A stretch of 64,000 bases of DNA from Botryllus schlosseri (lineage: Eukaryota), in the NCBI GenBank assembly GCA_051294905.1, contig CM119372.1, positions 39,062,001 to 39,126,000 of the forward strand, given 5' to 3'. The notes beneath the pieces are model-generated. The model was not told the origin of the DNA. It searched no databases and saw only the letters and a program-made list of their open reading frames with translations. The translations under genes and the position numbers were made by a program. Of this stretch, positions 35,899 to 50,287 are shown piece by piece (position 1 is the stretch's first letter; each line of letters opens with the position of its first letter).

Positions 35899-38099
35899 GT
35901 TATGATATATATCAGCAGCTGTTTATTTGTAATGCTTCGTTGTGGAAACTGCAATGTTTTATTCGACGAGTACAAAATTCCGAATTTTTGTCAGGTGTAG
36001 CCTACGTGCGTACGTAGGCCTACTGCTCGCCAAGCAGCAACGTTGAAACTGCGTTTAACTAAGCACGACCAAACATCAATACATAAGTTACTATTTGAAA
36101 CTATAGGCAGAGTGGTGATCAATATCCTGCTGCGAGGTAGGGGCTTCTGTGGTGTATTGATAACCTGATATACACCACGGGGGGTGTTCTTACAATCATA
36201 CTACAATTTCCATCGCATGTCTGTTTACTATGTGTGGATACTTCTTACGCAATGACGAGCGGAGCTAATACTTCTGACGTAACGATGAGTAGTGGCGTTT
36301 GAAAATCAGATGTTTGTGCTATCGCTAACGTGGTATGTTATCTCATTCTTGTTCACGAATATTCAGTTTATGTCATAGTCCTTGTACAAACAAAAAGTAA
36401 TCGTTCTTTCACAAAGAAATCGATTAGATATGGGAAGTAGTCGATTACGATTACGATTACTTCGGATTTTTTTCGAATGTAATCGATTGCGATTACGATT
36501 ACTTCAAAATGCTGTAATCGTCGTAATCGATTACGATTACTAATCGCGATTACCCCATGTCTGCTCCAAATACGCTAATGTGGGTTGACACTTCTGCAGT
36601 TTTGCATAAAACGCTGGTGAAATGTCTTGTCTTTGTAGCTCCATAATTTATTTCACATCGCTTTTGTCCAATCGCTTCTTAATGTAATTTTTGAGCTCAA
36701 GCGGATCTTTTCCGAAATCAAGGGCATTATATCAGCATGGCCCTCTGTGATGGCGTACGTACAACTTTTCTTTATGAGTATTAAGTTCGAAATATTGTTA
36801 TAGTGGAGGCAAATTGACTGACTAGTCAACTTTGAATCGTTGACTGAATTCGTGACGCTCTTTACGATAACTCCTTCACGTTCCTATGCGATGACTATTT
36901 CTTCACTTGTGGAAGTCTCTCGGCATAATATTGACCAGCATTCAACCATCTACCCCAAGGAGTAACTATCTTAGTTTTTTAGTGATTAATTGCTTCACCA
37001 CTTAAATTGGTACTTTTTATTTACAGTATACAACGATATGACTTTATGACTAAAAATATCACTATATAACTTAAAAAGCTGTTTTATGACCTAACCAGCA
37101 GAATATGACTTTACATGACTTCATAACTTTCCTAATATACCTCATCGGGACGCGGTTTTTGCGGTAAAATTGATTTCACGACTTACGGATGCCTAGAAAA
37201 AATATCACTTTAATGACATTAAATGGCCCTAGTTATGACTGTTGATGAGAGAATTCTCTAATATGAAATGCGGACTATACACAGAGCAATAACTATGAAA
37301 TGAAGGTGGGCGGAAAATTATTTCAGTTTACGGAAGCTTCGCGCCCCGCTTCAGATGCTTTCACGCCTCCCAAGGGGGCACGCTCCCCAGTTTGAGAACC
37401 GCGGGTTTAGCCTATATTGTAATTCATTAAGTTTTCCGTTGCTACAGAAATATCCGAACAGTTTAGCATGGCTGAATTATCTAGTTAACGAGGCACGCAT
37501 AGAACACCGATGTGAATAGTCCAATTATTTTATGTTGTGATTGTCAGGTTTCCATAAAAATGTAATTAAAACTGTAACTGAGCAAAATTTTTATCAAATG
37601 ACAATTACAATTACAATTACACAAAATGGAAATGCTTCAATTACAATTAGATTTACAATAACATGAAAAAATGTAATTATTATGCCTACATTCAGCTCAA
37701 TTACAAATTACAATTGATCCAACTCTGATGCACACATAACAGTAGTACATGCGTATCCTTAGTGTCTGACCGCACAGAAACCCAAATGATTCAAAGTCGG
37801 CACATATGATCCAATCGAGCTTGCGATATTGCAACAATTCAATGTTTTCGTATTTCTTACGAAGACTAACTGAGCGTGCAATTGTTACTGCACCGTGGAG
37901 GTTGCTATTTCGGAGAATGCCACAATTTACGAACCTTTTTTAGCTATCAATAGACATTTGGACTTCACATGAGTTGTAAGTGGGAATTTCAAATACCTCC
38001 ACTAACCCATGGTAGTATCATGATAACGGCCATACACTAAGCCACCGAAAGTAGGCCACGATGAAAAGCTGTTTCACCCTATCGAAAGTGAGATACTTT

Positions 38100-38730
38100 C
38101 TTTACCTTGCCAGGTAATCTTTTCTGACTTCGTAAGTATGTTAAAATTTCCGAAAATTTCTATTCCAAGTCCCAAAGCCTATGTCAGATCTACCATTAAC
38201 TTGCTTTGATGCACTACTCTACTTTCTGATTCATATTCGATTTCTAAATCTTCATCATTACGCCTGCTATCTCTGAAATCGTTATCTTGATCGAAATCTT
38301 CGAGCGTATATGAGGTAAGCTACACTGAACTAGCTTAATGAGGCATTGGACATATAACTGACAGTAAATGTAATGTTCATTTTTCCTGCCATATCCTGAA
38401 GTTTGCGTCAAATCGGTGTCTAAAATTTTCTTGGATGATTACATCCTCTAAATAAAAATGGACTAAAGAATCGTCCAGATCGTTGCCACTACCTTTTTGC
38501 CTAATAATTCAATTTTCCCTTTGCTATAAAACTTTATATATGATTGAAGTGTGGATTTCTATTACGTATGGAAAAGCAACATGGCTAATTTTGGGCATTT
38601 CTTGTAGACCAAAAACTTGTCGTGAAAGAATAAAACCAGCGGTATTTTTGAAATCAGCATTCCAAAATTAGCCTATATCAAGTGCAAAATGGCAGTCAAC
38701 TAATTTTTTATTCAAAATTGTTGCCCTGTA
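38100..38730 (-). pseudogene. Second decayed Chapaev3-like 5' fragment
   Basis: Collinear similarity to ~1740-2368 (for example aagtcccaaagc(c/t)tatgtcagatc, and the terminal block aaaaccagcgg...caaaattagccta..tcaagtgcaaaat). Confidence 0.6.
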
Positions 38731-41153
38731 TAATGTGTTGAAATTGAAATTGAAACCATCTATTGAAGCGTCGTGGTCAATAGCAAGATATATAGCTATT
38801 CGTGCCGTTGTTCTAGCACAATAAACACATTTTCAGAGCGGCCCTCAATATCAATATAGTAGCCTATCTCAAGTTATGAAATGTCAGTCAAAATACTATG
38901 TATTATATCTGCATTTTATGGGTATGTATTGACTGTTCTTCAAGCACAGAGCCATAGAGAGTTTATCGTGGTTGAAGAATATTTCAGTGACTATGAATAA
39001 TATGAGTTAGAAATGAAGCGGGATCCAAGTCACCTCGGGTTTCGCACTTAATAATGAGCCAGTATTGCTATTCATGGTATGACTAGCGGTACATCCAATA
39101 CTGTCCAATCACTGGAATCATGAACCCAGGACGAGTATGGCCGCCAGGCCTTCACAGTCCGACCCCGGGATCTGGTACCGCTTTGACGGGCCAGTATCCC
39201 ATGCATAGCCATGGTCGCGAGGGCAATCATGTGGCCGCAGACTCAAGCCCCTCAAAGCCTGGTATGCAGACTCGTTGCACCAGTTCATAATAAGCGAGAC
39301 TGAAGCAAAACGAAATGGGTGTCTATGTGTACCACATAGGCATCCTGGCAAACTCTACAGGGGGAGGTTGGCTGCGGCCCCTCCAGACCCTTCTAAAATA
39401 TGACTAAAATATATGAAAATATACCAGACGCATTGAACAGCAGTACAAAATGAAGGTTGTGAATTTTAAGTGTCATGAGAAAGATAATAGCTTCGCGTAT
39501 TCATGTTGAGATCCAGTCGACAGAAATTTGATGATTGTTAGCGAAAGGAAGCTGAAAGTCAATTTGACGTCATCTTTCCAGCCTGTCGCCGGCATACACT
39601 GGCTGATACACTGCAGTCTATGTCTGCCAATGCACCCACTTTCGAATCAGGCTTTTGGTTACGTAAAAATTATAGTGTACAGATAATAATTTATTACGGC
39701 TTGTGAGAGACAAAGGTATTGTCAAAGCTACGACAGAGTGTTGCGTCGTAAGTCGAACAACTTTTTACAATTGCGTCGCAACTAAAGAACTCAGGACATG
39801 CTGTTCTTGAATTTCCTATTGGAAATATTTGAATTATTCAAGTCAGATAAATTAACAATTATTTACTATTTTCATCCTTAGTCATACAGCTTTTCATTCG
39901 CACCGTTCGAAGCACGTTCGTCATTCGCACTGCAAATCTTTTCATTCGCACAAGTGCGTACCATCCCACAGGTTGACAAGCACTGGCCTCGATTAACAAA
40001 ACTCGACCTCTGCGTCAGCTACGATATGGTAGTGCTGAACATCGCAGTTTTCACTAGAATAGATTTATGGTTTTCTAATTCTGGCAGGTAATAGCTGTTG
40101 AATTTGCCGATGACATCATACTGTTTCGCTAATGAATTTTCGCCCCGAGCCACCCAAAAACTTTTTAATGCGATCACGACGACATAACGAAATGAATCGA
40201 TCACAAAATACAATTGCACATTTCGCAACCTGTTAAGATTATTGCGATCGTTAAAACATTTGAACGCAAATATGAATATTATATTATATTCAATTAGGGG
40301 CCAATCACAGTTACTCTCCATCCACGTTATTTCTCAAACAAACGTACATCACGTACAAGCCATTAAACCAGTGATTCCCAAACTGTGTGTCGTACAGAGG
40401 TGGTTAAAAAAGTCAAGAAAGTTACTCAAGTACAAGTAGAAGTATCAACCAGAAATTCTACTCAAGTACAAGCAGAAGAAGAAATTTCAAAAGCAACCGA
40501 ATACTACTTGAAGTAGAATTGACTGATTTCAAATCTACTCAAGTAAGTAAGTAGTTGTAAGAATGATCGTAATTTTTAACATCAAAGGATGCAAATTGAG
40601 CTATGGTCCGCGGCCTTTTTGAGTTGGCGACCCGACCATGGCGCTAGAATAAAGCCCTTTGACACTACGTAATATATATTACGAATAGGCTTGAAACCGG
40701 AGCATACCACAGAAAAACAAAAGTATGGCTTTTTAGGTTGCATTTTGGCATTATTTGACTGAACTAGGCCGCATGCATTCAAAAGAGTTTAATTGCGACC
40801 AGTTTCCCAAATTGAGTTTACCATCACTGCTCTAGGTTGAACAAGATACACAAATTAGAGCGGCTGAGATGTTCACTTCGGTTATTGTAAGATATTTTTC
40901 TTCGTGCGATTTCATTGTGTCCACACCACAGTAGGACACTATGGTTAGGGACGTTCGTTTGTTGCTAGATTCGAACACTCAATGACTGCTATTTGTTGGA
41001 AATTGCTTTCGTTTGTCGACGTCTAGGGAACTAAACTTTGCATCGAGGTTAACTTTGCGATAGCGTAGTCGTATGGAAACGTTCGAATGCGTAAATATTA
41101 CAGCAATAGAGTAACGTTGAATTATTATGTAAAATAAGGTGGTTACGTTACAT

Positions 41154-42426
41154 CAGCACCGTAACTGCCGCACCCTAAACCCCCAATTGGGGGGGGGGGG
41201 CGAGCTCGAAGGGGGCCCAAAATTATTTCGTGGATTAGCATAAATCATGAGGTATTTTTTGAAAATTTATGCAATTTTTTCACGTAGCCATTTATCTTTA
41301 TTATTGGGTATTGGGCCCTTACCGCGCCACGACCCACCAAGACATACAATCAAGTTTTAGTCCATACAACATGAGACTCCAAGAAGTGTGCCAGAGCGAT
41401 CGGCAGCGAGAAAACTTAGGCCGAAAAGGTCTATGCCCGTATGCTGACCGAAGACTTCGTTATATATACAAAATACGTATGGGTTTAATTGTCCATAGGC
41501 GCCTAAATGACTGGCGCCGAATGTTCCTGTCTTTGCAATCTGAACCTCACAAGACAAATACCATCCCGCTGGGAAAAATTTTATGCCAGTGAAGAAATAC
41601 CAGTTTGAAATCGTGTGCGTCTCTTAGTTTAGAAGCCTACGTTAGGGCGATTCTTTATTTTTTGATATAGCAGACTGGAAGTCACGAAATAACATCATGT
41701 AACAAAGTCATATCAACGGGTCCGCCCGCCCGAAGATGTTCAAATATTATTTACTAGCCCTCTCGTTTTCAAGACACTTCCCTCAGCTCTACCGCTAAAT
41801 CTGATTACGTGAGTAGAGAGGACAATAAATTGATAGCATAATATATATGCAATCGCCGATCTGATTAACCGATTCTATCATAAATTATCGAAAAATTTCG
41901 CGCTTCGCGCTGGCTCACACTACAGTACAGATAATTTCGTGACAAACGCGAACAACGTGATGGAGGGGTCGTTTCATCACCCTGTAGGAGCCCAAGAGCT
42001 ACGTTTTTGGGGCCTGACAAGATGCTGTTTCGTTCCTGCTAACGAGTATACGCCCGAAGAAAGTTAAATATTATTGAGTGGTCCTACCTTTTCAAACACA
42101 CGTCACTCAGCTTTACCGGCAAATCTGATTACGTGAGCAGAGAGAAGATAAAAATTGATAACAATATATATGCAATTCCCGATCATACTGACCGATTCCG
42201 TCATGAATTCTATAAATTTCCCGCGCATCGCGCGCTTAGGCGACAAAAGCTGATTCACTAAACAAACTCTCAACGAATATGATAAATAGCGGTAAACAGG
42301 GTATCGCCGGAGGGGGGTCTTGGGGGCGAAGCCCCCCAGAAGTTCGGTATGTAACCCTATGGGGGGCCCAAGACCAAAGTTTTTTTTTGTAGGGTGGGGG
42401 TCTGACGAAGTGCTGTTACGGCCCTG
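41154..42426. mobile_element. hAT-type MITE with an internal duplication
   Basis: cagcaccgtaac...gttacggccctg; TSD cgttacat/tgttacat; ~41780-41910 is repeated at ~42105-42235. Confidence 0.7.
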
Positions 42427-45093
42427 TGTTACATGAACCTTAGTACATGAACCTAAAGAATGACGGTAACAAGTGCCTATTTCGACTCGTCCGGGAACCT
42501 AGTGATGAGAGACGCTCTGGAGATCGATTTTTCATCATTATTTAAAATTAGGCAATTTACCGAACTAGATTGAGCCGCTCCGATTTTTGTATGAAGATGT
42601 TATCCTGAGCTCACAAAATATAAGATGAAATACGGTCCGTCGACACATATTAGCAGTATAGAACTGCTTTTTATGAAATTTTTGACATCATTCTAAAATG
42701 CTTATAAACATTGAAGTCCGGGTACGCTAGATGACGCTCTGCGGCATTAAATATGGCTGCAACATGATGTCAGGATTCACAGCTTCTAAAGGATACCTTG
42801 CCATATGTCATGGTTTTGACTTAAAAATGATGACTGTCAATTAGTGCTCGTGCACAAACAATTAAGACAATTACAACGAATACGACCACAATTTTGAGAT
42901 CCCGAAATTAGAACACTTTTCAAAAATTCTGAAAGCACTAGAGCCGACCAAGAAGACTGGTGAATTTGAAGTTTTTTCTACCAGAAGTAGTGTGTTGCCT
43001 ACAAAAAGGACAAGTTCCCAAAAAAGAGGACATTTATGCGTCCTCCGAGGACATTTTCAATTTAGTGAAAAAAGAGGACTATGGTAATTCTGAACCTAGC
43101 GTTACCATACGTCCTCCTTGAGGAGGATTTGTACTCCTTTTTCAGGTTTTTGAAAATGTCCTCCGAGGACGTCTAAATGTTTTCCTTTTTGGGAATTCGT
43201 CCTCCTTTACAGCTTTTAGAGTTAAGATGGTTGATAGAATCGAGTGAAACCGAGCATAACTATTGGTAAATAGTAAATTCGTAGTTCAGACGAAAGTGAC
43301 GACCTTTCTTTTCAACCGACGTAAAGTGCGAAAGAAAAAGTACGGAAAAATTTACCTTTTTTCCGAATTCTACTCAACAAGTCCAAGTCTTAAAATTTTG
43401 AAAAAGTGTCCCCCTTTCCCGAATCCGTCACATGGTAACTAGGAATGGTGTGAAAGTGAGGTTCATGTTCGCGTTCTGCGTGCGAACCTCAGATATTCAG
43501 AGGTTCACGTTCGCAAACGAACCTTGGTAGGTTCTGCACTGTGAACTTGTTTCATATATTAGAATTTTCACCTGAATATAACATGTTTGGTTGAAATTTA
43601 CTGCATTGCAACTGCACGCCATCACTCTCTGCATAGCGCTCGCAACGTAAAAAATCAACACTAAACGTGCATGCACCATGACAATCTCAAAATTTATAAT
43701 TGCTTCATTACAAACGTTTGCTCGAAACATCCATCTTTCCTATTGTGGATATGTAGTGACTCTCCGCTGTGAGGTTGACCCGCAATCACACAACATCAAG
43801 AACGAAATACACGACATGTCGTCAGCGAATGATGCTTATTCAACCAATCATTGAGATTGATATCGTTGTCTGATGTAAAAAATCTAGCAGGCGTACGGAG
43901 TCAATCAATTGACGTTATACTTCTACTGTGTCAATAAAACCAAATCGGTGCGATTGGGGTGTTAGCTACTGCTGTTTAATTTGTTAATGGGGTAATATCG
44001 GTAGCAATTATAGAAACCTATTCTGCTCAACATCAACGTAGCAATACTCGGACGCCGAATGCACTGCCCGGTCTGTCCTAGACCGTTAAGGCGTAAGCTT
44101 ATATTCCGTTGCTAATCCTCGTCGAAATTGTTAGCAAAGCGAAGAAAAAAAACTTAATTTATTGAAATAATATATCATTTGATTTCCCCAGTTGATACAT
44201 TTGGCGACGTTTAAAACGTCAATATGTAGGCTACTTCAGCATTGTGGCATTATGTGGCCCGAGTCCTCGCTTTATCGTGTACATTAATATAGGCTATCAC
44301 GCCACTGAAATGAAGGCTTGGAACTAGCAATATGACGTAACGTGACGTCATGGGGTTCATGTTCGCGTTCACACGAACCTGAACCTTTCATAGGTTCACA
44401 CCATCACCAATGGTAACCCTATTACATCGTAGTACCTATGGAAGCCACATCGTAGATTTGCGTTCGTTCTCCCAGCCCATTTTTTATAGGTTGCCATGGT
44501 GGAAAGTTTGCGGCGTGCAAAAGTATCTAACGAGACCTTCATCATTTACGGTTACTGGTATCAAGGGATGAGATATTTCACACTCCTACGAATGGTGTAA
44601 GGCAATCGAAAGTTCTAAATGTAATCACGTACCAAAGTATTATTAGAGCACTTTTAAGTTTGGTTTGGATGATAAATGATTTGGGCTCGACCTTCTAAGT
44701 AGCTGATAATTATATAATTATATACACATACAGTAGACAAACCGCTATTCTTGTGTTAACAAGCGTTTCGATTCTATTTATACCACGAATGTGAATTACG
44801 CCGTTTATTGCGTCTGTGAAGTGTGCACACGATGAAGGTAGACACCAGATTACCTTTTCACACTGCAAAATTGTTATAGCAGTACAAGCTCTGCGTTTAT
44901 CGCAGCAGGATATACCGATAAAATTAGCTGCTCACCTGCTGGCTGTTCTCGAACTGCATCTTGTGACCATAATTTTGTATTACTGGTGGATGACGATTTT
45001 GATAGATTTGCTCTTGGGTAGCTGTTGAGGTTGGCAAAGTAGTCATATAGAATTATCAGGGTACTATCGAGTTACCGCCACGGACTTCTAGTC

Positions 45094-46361
45094 CAGAGGT
45101 GGTCAAAGTAGTCAAGAAAGCTACTCAAGTAGAAGTAGAAGTAGCGGCGAAAGAATCTACCCAAGTACGACTAGAAGTACTTCTTCAATAAGCAACCTAC
45201 AACTACTTGAAGTAGAAGTAGAATTGACTGACTTTAAATCTATTCAAGTAAGTAGTCGTGAAAACGACCGTAATTCGTTCGCATAGACTGTCAAAAGCTG
45301 CAAATTGAGCTATATCGGAAAGGGGCAGAGATTGATTCATATTGCCGCATACCAGGAGGTATCCAATTTTCGACAGCATAAGCATTCGTCCGCATCATGG
45401 GATGCAAATAGTATTAATATGGAAATGCGATACCAATCATCTGTTTACTCGAACAGCACGTTTTAGAAAATATCATGGTATGGCGCCATCCCCAATATTA
45501 TAAGGCCCGTACCGTTTAGTCGAAGAGCAATACGGAGAAATTGTATCGGATATGGTGAAAACACTTTGCGCGATCAGTAAACTTTAATAAAACATATGGT
45601 GGATCGTAAAAATGCCATATTGTGTAGCTTTATTTCCGGAAATTAAAGGCATTACTATACTTCCTTTTGGAGGTGGCGAGATGGCGTAATGGTATAATCC
45701 AAGGCTGCAACACCAATGGGTTGCGGGTTCGGTCCGACCACGGTCGACTCCAGAATTCCTACTTAAGTGTTGGAGGTTTATCCAGACTCCTCCTTGCCAT
45801 CTCATCCGTGCTAGCGGTGTTTTATAAAAAGCCTAGAAGTGGGCCGTGGGTCTAAAACTAAATAAAAGTCAGAGTCCACTTTTTCAGATTAGGACACGTC
45901 ATGGACTGCTAGATTACGATATGACAAGTAAATGCTAGACTGCGAAACATCAGTTTCAAACGTTATGATGAGCCATTTTGATAAAATATTTCATATGGAT
46001 GACAATGCGGTGTTAACGGAACCACGCAACCCGCTACCTAAATTATATTCACCGATACTTTCGTTAAATCATATCGGTCAACCTATATCCACTGTGCGCG
46101 AAGCTCGACGAAAATTCTGGGCTTTACTCAAGTTTTTTGAAAATTAGGATACTCCGTGAAAACAGCCCCGAAATCTTTCTTATTGGAGGATTATTCTACT
46201 TCTACTTGACAAACTGAAAATAGCGAAAAGTAAGTAAGTAGATCACAAAATATTACGAAGTAGAAGTAGAAGTAGCGAAAATCAGATCTACCACTAGTAG
46301 AGGAAAACTACTTGAGTAGATCTGAGAAAAAGTAGAAGTACTTCGTTACTGACCACCTCTG
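45094..46361. mobile_element. hAT-type MITE with AAGTAG arrays carrying a SINE; it is the empty-site paralog of 57309-64000
   Basis: cagaggtggtca...tgaccacctctg; 45426-46347 is nearly identical to 57309-57574 joined to 63345-64000. Confidence 0.8.
45669..45867 (+). mobile_element. Probable tRNA-derived SINE (uninterrupted copy)
   Basis: A-box TGGCGTAATGG (45682-45692), B-box-like GGTTCGGTCC (45726-45735), ~200 bp long, A-rich end ctaaataaaa. Confidence 0.6.
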
Positions 46362-46745
46362 ATTTCTACTGACATATAAGTATAGGGTTGCCATGTGTCA
46401 GGAATTCCCAGGGCATATCCGGAATTTCACTGTGTACTGCGTCCGCAAGGAAAAGCTGAAATTTCCCTAATAGCAGGAATTTTGAAGGCTTCAAAGGGGC
46501 TCAGAATTTATTCGTATATCAACATAAGCAATATCTTGTTTCGAAGAAGATTTATGCCACCTGAATTTTTTCTTCGTGGTACCCGCGACTTATGGTGTGA
46601 CATATCTTGATTTTATTATGGGTACCCCTGTCCAAGCCAGAACAACAATAAAAAATACATTAAAATAACCACCATTCACTGTTATAAGACTAATTGTAAT
46701 CGCGTGTATTCCTATTTTCGGTAAGGCCGTTTGGATGCTTTAGTC

Positions 46746-47523
46746 CAGTGGTTCCCAATCTTTTTCGTCTGGTGGAACCCTTGTCCGATATTTGAGTCAA
46801 AATCCTCCCTAACAAAAAGTTGCCCGGTAACTAAAAATGGTGCTTTTTAACGCAGAACCATTTGTTGACTGAGCAATATATGCACAGACATATTCAGATA
46901 TGCCTAAATAATGTCTAATGCGAACCGCATTACACTTTAGTAAAGTACCGCGGGCTACTTTCATGTCAATAATTTAATACTAGGTGTATTGTTGTTTAGA
47001 AATTACCTAAATAAAAAAAATAGGTCATTAATTTCCGTTGTGGTAGCATTGCACTAAATTTGACCTGTTTTTTTTTACCGTTCAGGTAGCTTCTGACTAC
47101 AAATAAATCACCAAATTTGCTTTTGCGATGCCCGGGAGTTGAATCGATGATTTCGTATGTTTTTCACGTTAGCTCGGATGATGGCTTAAAAAGATGACCA
47201 TTTTCCGAAGCGACCTTGTTGTGCTGATTTCGTCATGACTTTTCCCTGCTTAGGATAAATTTGGTAGAGAGGCTGTCGCTGGCTAAACGAAATCGTCTCG
47301 CGAGCCTAACGTTTTCAGGGGATGGACTTTTTACGGAAAGTAAAGATTTAAAAAAGTATTTAAACACTTATCTAGCCAAGAATTCACCAAAAGAAACATA
47401 CAATTGCAAAGAACTGGTTTCATACTTTACAGTTCTGCCATAAAAGTCTAAACATCTAGCGAACCTAGAGCATCTTGCATTACAACCCTAAAGCCAGATT
47501 CCCGGCCCGGTTGGGTACCATTG
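46746..47523. mobile_element. hAT-type MITE
   Basis: cagtggttcccaa...ttgggtaccattg with perfect TSD ctttagtc. Confidence 0.85.
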
Positions 47524-47531
47524 CTTTAGTC

Positions 47532-50287
47532 CAGAGGTCTCAAACACGCTGCCCGCGGGCCGCATGCGGCCCGCCAGAGCATTTTGTGCGGTCCGCGACG
47601 ACATTTTTTATTTTTAATAATTTGGCAATATAGAAGTGTCACATGTTTTTTTCAGGTTATAAAGCAGGGGTCGCCAACTTAAAATGGGTCGCGGGCCACT
47701 TTTCAAAATTCCCAGAGGCCGCGGGCCGCATGACTTCAATATCGAGATTAACATAGCCAACGCAGGTTATCAATCACGTGTGATAACTCTACGTAAGTAC
47801 AATGCTGTGCTCTCTTGCATGGGCGATGAGCATAGTCACCACTAAATGAATAATATTTGATTGAACAAACACAAATACAAAATAATCTTGCTCATCAATT
47901 TCCTTATATTTAGAACTATGAGCTGCGCACGATACCTGACAACACTCTGTAGCAACCAAAACAGGGGTTGCCAACCTTTTTGCTATTCACGGTTGCATTT
48001 CGATTACTCATGTAGCCCGCGGCCGCATTCCGGTGCATGGTGGTAATAAAGAAGCTGGGGCCAAATATCTACGTTAAACTCACCATGTCCATTGCTGGTA
48101 CACTCCGGACAAATCTAATCATATCGGCATGCTATGGGCACCGAGATCGGGAATATAGTCATGTTGTGAAGATGAGCAACAGGGATTCGCATACCGTAGT
48201 CGCGCGAAGCGTGAAAATTTTTTCATGTTCATGAGGGGATTTCGTCATTGTATTATTAGTATTGTTTCACACATAACTATCAAAATTCATCTTTTCTCGG
48301 CCCATGTGATCAGATTCACCGGTACAGTTTAGGCAGGGGGTGTCTTCAAAAACGTAGAGAAGTTATTAATGTTGTGGAGCATCTTTGGGTGGGCCAATTC
48401 TCATTAGTCTCCTATGTTGCATGCAGTTATTTCTTGAATTCCTATTATAATTGTCGTTATAGTGGGAATATATTGGATTCGCCAAAACGCAGGCCTACCA
48501 GAAAAAAAAATAATTCGGGATGAGGAGAACACAATAAAAAATTGGTATTTCTTTATTGGGCACATAATTTTTCTCTGCTGTTCGCATCTGTACTGTGGGA
48601 CTCAGATAACAATGGTCACTGCTATATTAACATCAAAAATCAACTCGCATTGACGCGCGCGCAGCGCGAAGAAAATTTCAAGAATAATTCAAACATCTCA
48701 TTAATTAGGGAGTCAATTCGTAAATTCAATTTGCATAATGTTGACAGCCGCCAACACATCATAATTGAATTGAGTGTCGACGCCCGCATAATTTTTCTTC
48801 TACTGCCATAGATTGGCCGCCCCAGGATTAAAGAATCGATATTGGGGTGGTTAGTTATAGACAAGGTAGCCTATTTGCTGGAAAACTATCTACTCGTAAA
48901 GCAATGGTCTCTTGTAGAGCCCGAAGTCGTTTATCAAGCCTCCCGGTCTTGGCAGTGGTTGGCCATTGCACGCCAAGGCAATATGCGCATTCATATCAGC
49001 AAATTATTCCTCCATAGAATGCTATTACCATGCCGAACCGAAGGATTAGTGATATTGGGCATAGTAGAATGGCTTACTTTGAACAACAACAACAATATGT
49101 TTAAACTGAAATCAATTTCGGCATTTCGAAATGGTTCGCTGAGCGTTCTTCCAAAATGTCTCCAAATCGGGCCGCGGGCCGCAAAACATGACCTCGCGGG
49201 CCGCGTGTTAGTGACCCCTGTTATAAAGTGTAAATTCCCTCTAAAATTGCTCTGAAAGCCTGAAACTATTCATCAAACTTCACTATCACATCAATTGCAA
49301 ACGCTACCATGCAGTGGAAGATTCACTATTTCGCCACATTTTCACTCCATGATGATAAAACCTGACCCTAAGACGATTCGTGACTGAAATTTGTGAGTTG
49401 GATTTGGACGCGACCTTTCTTAAAATTACTTGAACTCGGGCTGACTCGATGGAAAAATGAAAATGGCTCGAGTGGACTCGGAGTGACTCGGAATGCCGTG
49501 AATTTGTTAGAACCACGGACGCAACAAACTAGTCGCGTGTCATGGGAATAAATAAATCAGAAGGTCGCAGTTTGGTATTTCGCTAACTAAGCAAGTAGTT
49601 ATGACAACCAGTGGCCATCTATTAGTTACATCTTAGGTCGCTTAGTCGCTGAACCATGTTATTAAGGCCACTTCAAGGTACCGAGTAGCCTACCGTAGTG
49701 GTACGCTCCAACGATGGCTCGTTCGGCGTTCCGACATTTCTATTACTAGGACGCATTCATTAATATATTGATGATATATTTATATATTTTTCCGCTCCTA
49801 TTTTCGAAGATATTTGACCATGAGATTAATAGCCTACTTATCAAGAGTATACCCGCATCTTGGATTGGAATTACACTGCCCAACCCAAAAATGTTGTGAT
49901 ATCAGATCAGTCTCTATTATCACTCTGTTAAAATCGAAATATAAAAAGGCGATAACTTTAATGATGACATCATACATTTGTCTGCTCATATTGTGACTAT
50001 ATTTTATAATTAATATATATCAAGTACAACAAGAATTCCATTCAAATAGTTATAAATGTGATGATATTTTTCCTGCCAGGCCTAAATTGATACAAGAGTA
50101 AATCACATTTTGACGATGTGTGTTTATTGTCAGCCTGCTGGATCTCCTCACTTTCAATAGGACAATTCCATCCCGTCAAATAAGGCCTACTTGGAAAGAC
50201 ATATAATACCCCTATATATGCTGCGGCCCGCGGCGTCGTCAAAACTGGAAAACTGGCCCGCGAGGACATTTGAGTTTGAGACCTCTG
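47532..50287. mobile_element. hAT-type element in the same target 8-mer, with nested MITEs at 47665-49220 and ~47961-48825
   Basis: cagaggtctcaaac...gtttgagacctctg with TSD ctttagtc; the nested caggggtcgccaac...gtgacccctg has perfect TSD ttataaag. Confidence 0.88.

Larger units (their letters stand above)
33079..36563. mobile_element. hAT-type element with GATTAC arrays
   Basis: cagacatggggt...accccatgtctg with perfect TSD ctccaaat. Confidence 0.9.
32810..37231. mobile_element. hAT-type element with ATGACT-rich subtermini
   Basis: tagagccattt...aaatggcccta; TSD attatgac/gttatgac. Confidence 0.7.
32670..37404. mobile_element. hAT-type MITE (inverted relative of 60375-60681), split by nested elements
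   Basis: cactggttctc...gagaaccgcgg; TSD gtttagtc/gtttagcc; both halves match the reverse complement of 60375-60681. Confidence 0.7.
24418..37727. mobile_element. hAT-type MITE with CAATTA arrays, expanded to 13.3 kb by nested insertions
   Basis: cagagttcgatcaat...attgatccaactctg; TSD atacacac/atgcacac (7/8); CAATTA repeats at ~24450-24590 and ~37600-37715. Confidence 0.8.

Noticed and set aside
45584..46147. Duplicated small protein genes (ORFs repeated at 63246-63800)
   Set aside because: The duplication reflects two copies of the same SINE-bearing MITE, and there is no coding signature.
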